DNA of 64,000 bases, taken from an uncultured Candidatus Peribacteria bacterium (lineage in GTDB: Bacteria > Patescibacteriota > Gracilibacteria > Peribacterales > Peribacteraceae). Location of the stretch: assembly GCA_964635215.1 (NCBI GenBank), contig CAZWNJ010000003.1, positions 44,015 to 108,014 on the forward strand, in the 5' to 3' direction. The notes below the pieces were generated by a model. That model saw nothing but the letters and a program-made list of their open reading frames with translations, ran no database searches and was not told the DNA's origin. Positions 8,502 through 17,026 of this stretch are shown one piece after another. Numbering within the stretch: position 1 is the stretch's first letter; each line of letters starts with the position of its first letter. The translations under genes were made by a program, and so were the position numbers.

Positions 8502-9629
8502 ATGCCTCCAAACGTCACTCCCGGCTACCTGAAATACCTCCAAGGCGCGGCCGAAGACCGCCTGAACGCCGCCTTCCCCGACGAGCAGGAAGTGACGCGC
8601 GCCTACCGCTCGAAGCTCCGCCACGTCATCGAAGTCTACGGCGGCGTGCGCGAGCAGCTCGGGGACGAGTGCGCCGACCTGGTGGCCGAGCTGCCGTACG
8701 AGGGAACCTACGGCCTCGAAGACGCCCAGATCGCCCTCGCCATCCTCCGCGCCACGGCTGCCGAGCTCCAAGACCTCCTCGATGAAGATGATGAGCTGAA
8801 GAAGAAGGCCGCCGGCGAGCCGCTGACGGACGACGATGCCGACGCGCAGATCCGCGCCGACGCCGCCGAATGGAGCAAGCGCCACAACGTCGACCAGGAG
8901 AAACTCTCGGCGTACGACAAAAGCGCCCGCAGTTTGCCGAGCGGCGTCGACGATGCCGGCACGCGCGACTCGTTCTATCGCGGCGATGCCAAGACGATTG
9001 AATCGGACATCCGCGACAGCGCCCGCGAGGACAAGAAGCCGCCGAAGACCGTGACGGTGAAGGTGGTATCCGAACCGACGCCGACTGCCGCAGAGAAGCA
9101 ACCGACGGCCGCCGTCACACCGAACATCACGCCCGGTACCGCGACGACCGCCGTGTCGCACACACTGTCGAGCGAGCCGATCCTGCCGCCTCCGCCGCGC
9201 CCGGCCGAGGAGATCGAGATCACGGCCGCCGACTTCTCGCTCATGGATCCCGCTCAGGCCTTCAAGTCGGCGATGCAGTGGCTGGGCGAACACATCGCGC
9301 TCGTGACGGCGGGCAGCCGCCGCGCGGGTTCCTTCCCGCGCATCGCGCCGCTGACGGCGCTGAGCACCCGTCTGCCGGAACAGGCGCCGACGGAGCAAGC
9401 GGTGGCTGACCTCATCAAGGCCATGCGTCGCCGCTTCGAGAAGCTGCGCGCGCCGACTGGCGGCGACATCGGCGACATCGCCATGCGCCTGAAGGACATC
9501 GATCCCAAAGATCCGAAGGCCGGCATGGACGTGCTGCAGGACCTCTTGAGGGAAATGACCGGCCGCAAAAAAGAAGAGGGTGACGGCGACTGGGAAAAGC
9601 CCTGGGGCGAGGGTGGCTGGCAGGATTAA
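8502..9629 (+). CDS. acidic hypothetical protein with Pro/Thr-rich central linker
   Basis: The plus-strand frame has GC-rich third positions, whereas the longer antisense ORF 8304..9830 has an R/G/A-rich shadow composition. Start chosen at MPPNVTPGYL. Confidence 0.55.
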   Translation: MPPNVTPGYLKYLQGAAEDRLNAAFPDEQEVTRAYRSKLRHVIEVYGGVREQLGDECADLVAELPYEGTYGLEDAQIALAILRATAAELQDLLDEDDELKKKAAGEPLTDDDADAQIRADAAEWSKRHNVDQEKLSAYDKSARSLPSGVDDAGTRDSFYRGDAKTIESDIRDSAREDKKPPKTVTVKVVSEPTPTAAEKQPTAAVTPNITPGTATTAVSHTLSSEPILPPPPRPAEEIEITAADFSLMDPAQAFKSAMQWLGEHIALVTAGSRRAGSFPRIAPLTALSTRLPEQAPTEQAVADLIKAMRRRFEKLRAPTGGDIGDIAMRLKDIDPKDPKAGMDVLQDLLREMTGRKKEEGDGDWEKPWGEGGWQD

Positions 9630-9647
9630 GATACTCCAAAGCCGTCC

Positions 9648-10160
9648 ATGCTCTCCGTCTCCATCACCACCGAGAGTCACTCGAAGGTCTTCTACGAACG
9701 CGAGGCGGACTCGGGCCTGGCGATGCTGAAGGTGGAGTATCGGATTCCGACGCTGCAGGCCGATTACTGCCGCGGCGGTGGCTGGGCGAAGACGCTGCAC
9801 GAGTGCGCCATCCACGAACTCGAGGCGCACCAGGGCCTACTGCGGGAGGCGGAAGAAGAGCTCTTCGAAGTCGTCGGCCAGCCAGAACCCGGCAGTGGCC
9901 TGGACTTGGGCCTGAAGATCGACGGCATGATCGCACAGGTGGCCTCGCGACTCTGCAAGTTCTGCGGCGAGAAGTCGGTCTTGATCCCCGCCGGAGAGTT
10001 CCGCGACGAGTGGCGCCTGCTGACGACGCTGAGGAGTGCGCCCGATTGGGCACTGGTGCAGATCGCCATGTTGCACCTGCGCGAAAAGCGCACTGAGATC
10101 GTGGCAGAGGTGTACCAACTCTTTGCCAAGCAAGCGGCTGCGCACGATCTGCGTAACTAA
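9648..10160 (+). CDS. hypothetical protein
   Basis: 170-aa ORF, 18 nt after the previous gene, followed by a hairpin terminator. Confidence 0.55.
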   Translation: MLSVSITTESHSKVFYEREADSGLAMLKVEYRIPTLQADYCRGGGWAKTLHECAIHELEAHQGLLREAEEELFEVVGQPEPGSGLDLGLKIDGMIAQVASRLCKFCGEKSVLIPAGEFRDEWRLLTTLRSAPDWALVQIAMLHLREKRTEIVAEVYQLFAKQAAAHDLRN

Positions 10161-10163
10161 ACA

Positions 10164-10190
10164 AGGCCCCACCGAGCGGGGCCTTTGTCA
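10164..10190. terminator. hairpin terminator between convergent genes
   Basis: AAGGCCCC-ACCGAGC-GGGGCCTT followed by TGTC. The T-run is weak. Confidence 0.5.
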
Positions 10191-10199
10191 TTCGTGACA

Positions 10200-10838
10200 T
10201 CAGGTTTTGATCATGGCAGGGAGCCCGATCGATGAATCTAAGTAATCTTTCGCTTCCTTAATCAGAATCTGCTCACATTCTTCACCGACAGAAATACGTA
10301 ATTCATGCTGAGGAAAGTAGTTACTCCAAGGGATTATACTAAGGCATACATAGACACGCTCTCTCCCCTCACCGCGCACCGACTTTACGTCGGACGTCAT
10401 GACAGGTCTGTCGAACAACGCTTTACTCAAGGTGAGGCAGTAGATAATCGCCGCCGTCACTACCACTCTGGCGCTTGGTATGACCTCGTCATGACGCAAG
10501 CGCTTACGCCTCTGAGCGAATGACCCCGACTGCGTCTTTGGAACGTGTCCGCAGCGAATTTGCACGTATCGCGGTTGTTCTTTGTTTAAGACAATCGGCG
10601 CCTTCTCTCGCAGAGGCAAGTTGGACATCATCGACGCGAAGTACTTCTTACGCTCATAGCAGAAGTAATCGTGCATCTGGGCGATGCTCAGACCGGGATC
10701 GAAAAAGGTGAAGTATCCTTCTCGAGTCGGAGGTGGAGGTGGGAAGGAGGCCAGCTCCTGACTGGAATAGACTTTTCCAAAGAGCGGGGCGACGTCTTCT
10801 GGTCCAAGGATGCGAATGGTCTTCGAAGCGCTAGACAT
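10200..10838 (-). CDS. hypothetical protein, putative paralog of the 11108..11671 product
   Basis: Lower GC than its surroundings. Shares GYFTFFDPGLSIAQM versus GRFSFWAPNFSLAHL and a colinear downstream pattern with the neighbouring gene. Confidence 0.55.
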   Translation of the reverse strand: MSSASKTIRILGPEDVAPLFGKVYSSQELASFPPPPPTREGYFTFFDPGLSIAQMHDYFCYERKKYFASMMSNLPLREKAPIVLNKEQPRYVQIRCGHVPKTQSGSFAQRRKRLRHDEVIPSARVVVTAAIIYCLTLSKALFDRPVMTSDVKSVRGEGRERVYVCLSIIPWSNYFPQHELRISVGEECEQILIKEAKDYLDSSIGLPAMIKT

Positions 10839-10980
10839 GGTTCAGTCCTTTACTGAAAAATGATCCGTTACGCCGGACCACAGGCGGCCTGCAATGATTT
10901 GTAAAGACAGGCGCTCTACGCACGCCGATGCACACAGCGCCTGCCTCTTCCTGATGCCACTGGTGCGAATGAACTATGTT

Positions 10981-11008
10981 ACTATAATTTATTTACATAT
11001 TTTGTCAA
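10981..11008 (-). promoter_or_regulatory. strong sigma70-like promoter TTGACA-16 nt-TATAGT on the minus strand
   Basis: Read on the reverse strand. It drives the 10200..10838 gene through a leader of about 135 nt. Confidence 0.55.
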
Positions 11009-11023
11009 TATCCGCCCAGGCAA

Positions 11024-11054
11024 TAAAAAAAGCCGGTCCCCTTTCAAGGACCGG
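11024..11054 (-). terminator. intrinsic terminator for the 11108..11671 gene
   Basis: The minus strand reads GCCGGTCC-loop-GGACCGGC followed by TTTTTTT. Confidence 0.75.
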
Positions 11055-11107
11055 CGGGTGGAAGAATCGGAATGTCGGAAATGACGCGAGTTCTGACGCA
11101 GAAAGGA

Positions 11108-11671
11108 TCAGCAGTTGTACTTCACGGCGCAGGCATGGTTGTTGTGCATGACCTTCGTGTCGTCGTGCGGCTCGACGAAGATCGCGGACTCCGTGGCCAT
11201 GAAGCAGACGTGCTTGTCCCCGACCTTGTCGGCGGTGACGAGCCAGACGCCCTCGTTCAGGATCTCGATCTCACCGAGGTACATCATGAGCGTCGCCATC
11301 GCGATCTCGGTGACGGTGGCCAACGTCTCGCACTGCTTGAGCTGGTTCGGCTTGCGGAACGGGCCGTCGTGACGGGCGCGCAGCGGCAGCAGGGGGACGG
11401 TCAGGTAGCCGGCCGGCAGGGGGGTCTTGGCGAAGGGACGCGAAGCCAAGTGCATGGACTCCTGCACCGGCAGGCCGTGCTTGTGGAGGACGCCGAGCAA
11501 GTGGGCCAGCGAGAAGTTGGGCGCCCAGAAGCTGAAGCGGCCGGGCTTGGGGTCGTCGATCACGGTCTCGTTGTCGTTCGCGATGAGTTCGAGCAGCGCG
11601 CGGCACTTGTTCTCGGGCAGCAGCAGGGACTTGGACGCGAGGACGCTAGAGACGGGGTTCGCGGTCAACAT
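11108..11671 (-). CDS. hypothetical protein, putative paralog of the 10200..10838 product
   Basis: 187 aa. See the shared motifs listed for 10200..10838. Confidence 0.55.
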   Translation of the reverse strand: MLTANPVSSVLASKSLLLPENKCRALLELIANDNETVIDDPKPGRFSFWAPNFSLAHLLGVLHKHGLPVQESMHLASRPFAKTPLPAGYLTVPLLPLRARHDGPFRKPNQLKQCETLATVTEIAMATLMMYLGEIEILNEGVWLVTADKVGDKHVCFMATESAIFVEPHDDTKVMHNNHACAVKYNC

Positions 11672-11917
11672 GGATTCACCTCATGTGATGATTGTCCCAT
11701 GCGCTGGGACGTGGCGACCTGTCGAATATGACGGAGACAGGCTCTCCAACCACCGATGAGTGATGGGCAGAAAGCCTGTCTCGCACTTCCAATTCTTCCG
11801 GTGTTCTGAAGGAACGCCGAAGTATAGAAAGCCTAAAGAGAAAGTCCAGGTCATTTTTTGACTTTTTTTATAATTAGTATATTTCATTCATATACGTAAA
11901 CGGCGCTGCACTGGGGC

Positions 11918-11923
11918 TATACT
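11918..11923 (+). promoter_or_regulatory. -10 box TATACT, 6 nt before ATG 11930
   Basis: Motif spacing only. Confidence 0.45.
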
Positions 11924-11929
11924 GGCCCC

Positions 11930-12328
11930 ATGCCCTTCCCCGTTGACCTCAAACCCGGCCTTGTAGCCAAAGCGACTACGCTCGGCATCCGCCCCGAGGA
12001 CATCGAGGAGACGTTCACGCGCGGCAGCGGCAGCGGCGGACAGAAGGTGAACAAGACGAGCAGCGTCGCCGTCTTGCTGCACCGTCCGACCGGTACGGTG
12101 GTGCGTTGTCAGAAGAACCGCGAGCAGATCTTGAACCGCCTCGCCGCCTATCGGATCCTCATTTTAAAGATTGAGGAACAGAAGCTCGGCAAACAATCGA
12201 CACTGCAAAAGAAGATTTTTAAGCTGCGGAAACAGAAGATGCGCCGCAATCGCCGCAGCAAAGAAAAGATGCTCGCCGCGAAACACCATCGCAGCGACAT
12301 CAAAGAGCAGCGAAAGCCGCTCGCGTAA
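11930..12328 (+). CDS. arfB: ArfB/ICT1-like peptidyl-tRNA hydrolase: GGQ domain plus basic C-terminal tail
   Basis: FTRGSGSGGQKVNKTSSVAVLLHRPTG followed by a Lys/Arg-rich tail. 132 aa. Confidence 0.75.
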   Translation: MPFPVDLKPGLVAKATTLGIRPEDIEETFTRGSGSGGQKVNKTSSVAVLLHRPTGTVVRCQKNREQILNRLAAYRILILKIEEQKLGKQSTLQKKIFKLRKQKMRRNRRSKEKMLAAKHHRSDIKEQRKPLA

Positions 12329-12358
12329 AAAAAACCGCTGACCCGACTGGGCCAGCGG
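12327..12358 (-). terminator. intrinsic terminator for the 12386..12703 gene
   Basis: The minus strand reads CCGCTGG-CCC-AGTC-GGG-TCAGCGG followed by TTTTTTTT. Confidence 0.65.
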
Positions 12359-12385
12359 TGGTGAGGAATGCGTGCCGACAGGCAG

Positions 12386-12703
12386 CTAATCGGCACCTTC
12401 GGCGAGGGACTCGGCCCCTTGGTGGATGCACCACTCCTTTTCTTGGATCAAACCACCATCCGGGCTGTTCAACGTGACCTTCAGCCGCAAATCGGAACCG
12501 GGCGGCACCGTCTTGGGCTTGGGCAGCGGCCACACCTTCTCGGTACGACCCGGCACGAGTTCAAAGCTGGCCTCGCGCGAGGCTTCCTTGCGGGCGAGCG
12601 TCACAACCCTGACACGAATGTTGGCCGTGGCGTTGTAGACGACCTTCAGCCAGACGCCGTCATCGGAGAAAGCGAAGCTTCCGTAGGGGGTGACCAGTTT
12701 CAT
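12386..12703 (-). CDS. small hypothetical protein (beta-rich)
   Basis: Trimmed to ATG 12703 (MKLVTPYG...), which is preceded by GGAGGA 7 nt upstream. Confidence 0.6.
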   Translation of the reverse strand: MKLVTPYGSFAFSDDGVWLKVVYNATANIRVRVVTLARKEASREASFELVPGRTEKVWPLPKPKTVPPGSDLRLKVTLNSPDGGLIQEKEWCIHQGAESLAEGAD

Positions 12704-12754
12704 CGGACAGTCCTCCTGAGTAAGAGCGTACGGGACAGAGCACACATTGACCTC

Positions 12755-13063
12755 TTAGAACCGACGCGGGGACGACTCGGAGAGATCAATGCCGGAGAGA
12801 GGAAAGATCGCTTTGATAACGGGAGGCTGCCGATACTCGACCGACTCCCCTCGTCTGTCAATACAATGCGAGTACAGAAAGATACCGCCAGTCACGAGGA
12901 CTGGCGGTTGCTGTCTTGGGAGCGTGCAACCCCCCGGATGCGAGTAGTAATCCCAGATGGGACACGCGGCTTCGACAGGGAATACCTGCCCGCTGGTGGG
13001 ATCCGGGAACGCCAGGAGCGAAGAGTCCTGTTTTTCCCGAAGACAAGCTGACATGTTATACAC
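12755..13063 (-). CDS. small hypothetical protein
   Basis: 102-aa ORF with plausible codon usage. No motif recognised. Confidence 0.4.
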   Translation of the reverse strand: MYNMSACLREKQDSSLLAFPDPTSGQVFPVEAACPIWDYYSHPGGCTLPRQQPPVLVTGGIFLYSHCIDRRGESVEYRQPPVIKAIFPLSGIDLSESSPRRF

Positions 13064-13128
13064 CGGTTTTTATCTTTCGCAAGTACATTCGCCCCATCCA
13101 CATTCAAGCAGGCGGCTAGGCTTTGGAC

Positions 13129-13713
13129 GTGACTGGACGCTTCCTCGTCATCGAAGGGCCCGACGGCTGCGGCAAGACGACGCAATCGGAGCGACTGGCG
13201 GCGACGTTACGCGCCGAGGGGAACGACGTCGTCCTCACGAATGAGAATACGAATGGCCCGGCAGGCGCGCTCATCACGACACTCCTGACCGAACACCGTG
13301 TCATGAATCCGGCGGCGATGCAGCTGCTCTACAGCGCCGACCGTGCCGATCACGTGGAACGCGTCATTCGTCCGTCGCTCGCCGCCGGCAAGATCGTCGT
13401 GAGCAGCCGCTACCGCCACTCAACGATCGTCTATGCCCGCGCCCTCGGCATCGACTTCCGCTGGATGCAGCGCGTGAACGAGCCCTTCCCGATGCCTGAA
13501 AAGACGATTGTTCTCCTACCACCGCTCGAGATCTGCCTGGAACTCATTCGCAAACGCAAGAGCGCCGACGCCTACGAGAAGGCCGCCGACCTGCAAGCGC
13601 GCGTGCACGAGGGCTACCGCTTCCTGGCCGCCGAAGATCCGACGATGACGATCGTGGACGCCTGGGGGTCCATCGACGAGATTGCCCTGCTCATCCGCAA
13701 GATCGTCGGGTAG
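13129..13713 (+). CDS. tmk: thymidylate (dTMP) kinase
   Basis: GRFLVIEGPDGCGKTTQ P-loop and typical length. The start is GTG 13129 (6 nt after TAGGCT) or TTG 13123. Confidence 0.9.
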   Translation: MTGRFLVIEGPDGCGKTTQSERLAATLRAEGNDVVLTNENTNGPAGALITTLLTEHRVMNPAAMQLLYSADRADHVERVIRPSLAAGKIVVSSRYRHSTIVYARALGIDFRWMQRVNEPFPMPEKTIVLLPPLEICLELIRKRKSADAYEKAADLQARVHEGYRFLAAEDPTMTIVDAWGSIDEIALLIRKIVG

Positions 13714-13714
13714 G

Positions 13715-14563
13715 ATGCGCACAATGACCGCTCGCCTCCTGGAGGGACGCACGCCGGCCGACAAGATTTTAAAACGCATCACGCGCGACGTCGCTCGGCT
13801 GCAGCCGAGCCTGGCGATCGTGCAAGTCGGCAATCATCCGTCGAGCGAGGTCTACGTGGCACGCAAGCTCTCGGCCGCCATGAAAATCGGCATGCGCACT
13901 GAGCACGTCCGGCTGGATTCCAAGACGAGTGCCGACGCCGCCGAGCGCTGCCTGCGCGAGCTCTCCGACAATCCCGAAGTCACCGGCATTATCCTGCAAC
14001 TGCCGCTGCCGGCGCACTTGGACAAGCATCGCCGCCGCCTGCTCGACGCCATTACTCCGCTCAAAGACGTCGACGGTCTCTCAGCTGAAAACCTGGGCCG
14101 CCTCGTCGCGGGTGAAGACGGAGGCCTTCGCCCCGCCACGCCCACCGGCATCGTCGCCCTCCTGAAGCACTATAAGATAGCCGTCGCCGGTAAGCGCGCC
14201 GTCATCGTCGGGCGAAGCCTGCTCGTCGGCCACACACTCTCGATTCTCCTCACGCAGCTCGATGCGACCGTTACGGTCTGTCACAGTCGTACGAAGAACC
14301 TGGCAGCCCTCACTAAAGAGGCCGACATCCTCGTCTGCGCCGCCGGTAAGCCGCACCTCATTCGCGCACCGATGGTAAAGAAGGGCGCGGTCTGCATCGA
14401 TGTCGGCATCACACGGACAGCGATGGGCGTTCGAGGTGATATGCATCCGGGCGTTGCCGCCAAAGCCTCCGCCCTCACGCCCGTCCCGCGGGGTGTGGGA
14501 CCGATGACGGTGGCGTGCTTACTACAAAACTGTGTCCTGGCAGCCGCGATGCAGCGCGCATAA
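13715..14563 (+). CDS. folD: bifunctional methylenetetrahydrofolate dehydrogenase/cyclohydrolase FolD
   Basis: LAIVQVGNHPSSEVYVARK, ILQLPLP, VIVGRSLLVGHTLSILL, PVPRGVGPMTVACLL. Confidence 0.9.
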   Translation: MRTMTARLLEGRTPADKILKRITRDVARLQPSLAIVQVGNHPSSEVYVARKLSAAMKIGMRTEHVRLDSKTSADAAERCLRELSDNPEVTGIILQLPLPAHLDKHRRRLLDAITPLKDVDGLSAENLGRLVAGEDGGLRPATPTGIVALLKHYKIAVAGKRAVIVGRSLLVGHTLSILLTQLDATVTVCHSRTKNLAALTKEADILVCAAGKPHLIRAPMVKKGAVCIDVGITRTAMGVRGDMHPGVAAKASALTPVPRGVGPMTVACLLQNCVLAAAMQRA

Positions 14564-14568
14564 GCGCG

Positions 14569-15870
14569 TCAGGATTCCAGGTAGTCGCGCATGACGGTCG
14601 CCATTGTTTCAGGCGGCAAGATCGACCCCGAACGGCAGCCGCCGCAACGCTGCGAACCGCCAAAGCTGGCGGTGCGGTCGAGTTCTTGCAGATGGCGGAA
14701 GAGATCGGGAAGGGAGAGGGCGAGGGAGTCGCTACCAGCCGGCAGGAACGCGCGGTCGGCCAGATTGAAGCTGTAGATGAAGCGGTTGCCGTGGGCGCGG
14801 ACTTTCATGAGCAGTTGCTTGCCAATGAGCATGGCGCCGACGCCGGGCAGGTCGCCGTTGCGGCGGTCGGCCTCGTCGATGAGGCACCAATCCTCGTCCT
14901 CGTGGAGCGGGTGCACATCGGTCGAGACCTCGCGCATCGTCCGGTCGCCGCCGAGGAACCAACCCAGGCGCGACTCGACGGACTCGATGATCGTGCGCAT
15001 GGCGTGAGCCGACCAGGCGCGGTCGAGCTCGGACGGAGACTGGGGCACATTGAACGTGCTCTCGCGGCGGGCTTCGGCGTAGGGCTCGTTGATGAAGGCG
15101 TTCCAGCGTAGGTGCGGGCTCTGAGGATCGATCGGGACCATCGCCGCGTAACGGTCGAGCAGATCCTGCACCGAAATATAGGCGGTGAAGTTCTGAAGCT
15201 CCGCTTCAGGCAAAGCGAGAATTTTGGCAAAATTGCGGGCCGAACCGAATGAGGCCGAGACGTCCTGGTCGGGATCGTTGCAGAGCAGTTTCAAGCGAAC
15301 CGGACGAACGTCACCGCTGGCTACCTTGCGTGTATAGAGATCGCGGAGGAAGAGCAGCAGCTGGACGCACGACGACGGCACATCCGGGCCGCCACCTTGG
15401 TGATGGTCAATATTCACCACCTGGTCACCGTCGGGTCGGCCGTTCAGCGGACGCTGCCAAGTCGGCTCATCGACCAATCCATCGATAGAACAGACAATAA
15501 GCTGAGCATCTGGAGTCCGAGACTCGGTGGCTGCCACTTCCATGAGCCGGCTTCCCGTCCAGATTTCCTGCGGGTGAATATCGATCTCGGTCATGAGCGT
15601 GTTGCGTACGAGTTCGGCGTGCTCGAGTCGGAGACACTGGGGATAATCGAGCAGCGCTTTCGACGCCGCCGAAAAACGCAGGACATCGCTGTCACTGAGG
15701 CGTTGGAGCGTCATGCGCGTCGTGGTCAGACGATCATGAAAGTTCCCCCCCAAGGTCTGAAGCCTGGAGGTTGCGATCACGGCGTCTCGAGAGGGAGGTT
15801 CGCCTCGTTCCTCTCCGCCCTCCACCGTCTCGCTGTTCTCGGGCACGTCTCGTCCGTCGGTTCGTTTCAT
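14569..15870 (-). CDS. hypothetical protein with weak DHH/DHHA1-like phosphoesterase motifs
   Basis: VVNIDHHQGGGPD (DHH motif III-like), LLCNDPDQDVSASF (motif IV-like), and C-terminal FGGSQRCGG (GGGH-like). Otherwise divergent. Confidence 0.35.
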   Translation of the reverse strand: MKRTDGRDVPENSETVEGGEERGEPPSRDAVIATSRLQTLGGNFHDRLTTTRMTLQRLSDSDVLRFSAASKALLDYPQCLRLEHAELVRNTLMTEIDIHPQEIWTGSRLMEVAATESRTPDAQLIVCSIDGLVDEPTWQRPLNGRPDGDQVVNIDHHQGGGPDVPSSCVQLLLFLRDLYTRKVASGDVRPVRLKLLCNDPDQDVSASFGSARNFAKILALPEAELQNFTAYISVQDLLDRYAAMVPIDPQSPHLRWNAFINEPYAEARRESTFNVPQSPSELDRAWSAHAMRTIIESVESRLGWFLGGDRTMREVSTDVHPLHEDEDWCLIDEADRRNGDLPGVGAMLIGKQLLMKVRAHGNRFIYSFNLADRAFLPAGSDSLALSLPDLFRHLQELDRTASFGGSQRCGGCRSGSILPPETMATVMRDYLES

Positions 15871-15947
15871 AACCTTCGCATTTTCCTCTTAAAGAAGAAT
15901 TCCGTCAATGCCACAATAGGTGGCATTAAACAGTCACAATCCAATAT

Positions 15948-17021
15948 TTACGCCTCCTTCGTTGTCGATCGCAGGAGCAAGTCAGCCTTGGCCAAGGCGG
16001 CGATCACAGGGCCGATATCCCCCTCCATCAGGGCCGGCAGATTGTGGAAGCTCTGCTCAATCCGATGGTCGGTCAGACGGTCTTGAGGGAAGTTGTAGGT
16101 GCGGATCTTCTCACTGCGGTCGCCGGAGCCAATCTGACTGAGGCGCATCTGCCCGAGTTTACGCTGCTCTTCTTCCTTCTTCTGACTGTAGAGACGGCTC
16201 TTTAAGAGCTGCAGGGCGACGGCGCGGTTTTGAAGTTGGCTGCGTTCAGTCTGACAGGCGACCACGACACCCGTGGGCAGGTGGGTGATGCGCACGGCGG
16301 ATTCGGTCTTGTTGACGTGCTGGCCGCCAGCGCCGCCGGCGCGGAAGGTGTCGACGCGCAGGTCTTCGGGACGGATTTCGATCTCGGCACTGTCGCCGAC
16401 CTGAGGAAGAATGGCGACCGTGGCGGTGGAGGTGTGAACGCGGCCTTTATTCTCGGTGGCGGGAATGCGCTGGACACGATGAACGCCGGACTCGAACTTC
16501 AACTCGCCGAAGACGCCGTCACCGTCGATGCGGGCCACAGCTTCCTTCACGCCGCCGGCATCAGCTGCGGCGACATCAACGAGTGCAGCCTTCCAACCTC
16601 GGCTCTCGGCGTAGCGCAAGTACATGCGCAGAAGCTCGGAGGCGAAGAGCGCCGCTTCCTCGCCGCCCGTGCCGGCACGGACTTCCACAATGACGCCGCA
16701 GGCGTCATCGGGATCACGCGGGACGAGAACGGCGCGGATCTCATCTTCCAGTAGAGGCAGTCGCGCCTGAGCGCTGCGTGCCTCGTCGGCAGCGATATCG
16801 CGAAGTTCAGGATCGGTGACGGCGGCAGCCTCGGCAAGCTGCGCCGTCAGGCGTCGGTACTCAGTCAGGAGGCTGGCCTGTGGCTCAAGCTCGGCGATCC
16901 GTTTGCCGAGGCGCTTGATTGCCTGCGGATCGGAGACGATCGCCGGGTCCTGCCACTGCTGGCGGAGCGCGGCGAGTTCGGTCGTCGCTTCCTCCAGGCG
17001 TTTGAGCAACGATTCCTCCAT
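15948..17021 (-). CDS. prfA: peptide chain release factor 1
   Basis: RAGGAGGQHVNKTESAVRITHLPTG and a PxT-type RF1 body. Start trimmed to MEESLLKRLEE so it does not overlap the upstream gene. Confidence 0.92.
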   Translation of the reverse strand: MEESLLKRLEEATTELAALRQQWQDPAIVSDPQAIKRLGKRIAELEPQASLLTEYRRLTAQLAEAAAVTDPELRDIAADEARSAQARLPLLEDEIRAVLVPRDPDDACGVIVEVRAGTGGEEAALFASELLRMYLRYAESRGWKAALVDVAAADAGGVKEAVARIDGDGVFGELKFESGVHRVQRIPATENKGRVHTSTATVAILPQVGDSAEIEIRPEDLRVDTFRAGGAGGQHVNKTESAVRITHLPTGVVVACQTERSQLQNRAVALQLLKSRLYSQKKEEEQRKLGQMRLSQIGSGDRSEKIRTYNFPQDRLTDHRIEQSFHNLPALMEGDIGPVIAALAKADLLLRSTTKEA

Positions 17022-17026
17022 GGCCT

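Noticed and set aside
8304-9830. 508-aa minus-strand ORF spanning three plus-strand genes
   Set aside because: Arg/Gly/Ala-rich shadow composition. The plus-strand frames show GC-rich third positions, sensible gene boundaries and a terminator.
11672-11929. GAGAAAGTCCAGG near 11838-11850, reminiscent of the RNase P RNA GGAAAGUCCGG core
   Set aside because: The intergenic region (258 nt) is too short for RNase P RNA, and none of the other conserved regions is visible. Likely coincidence.
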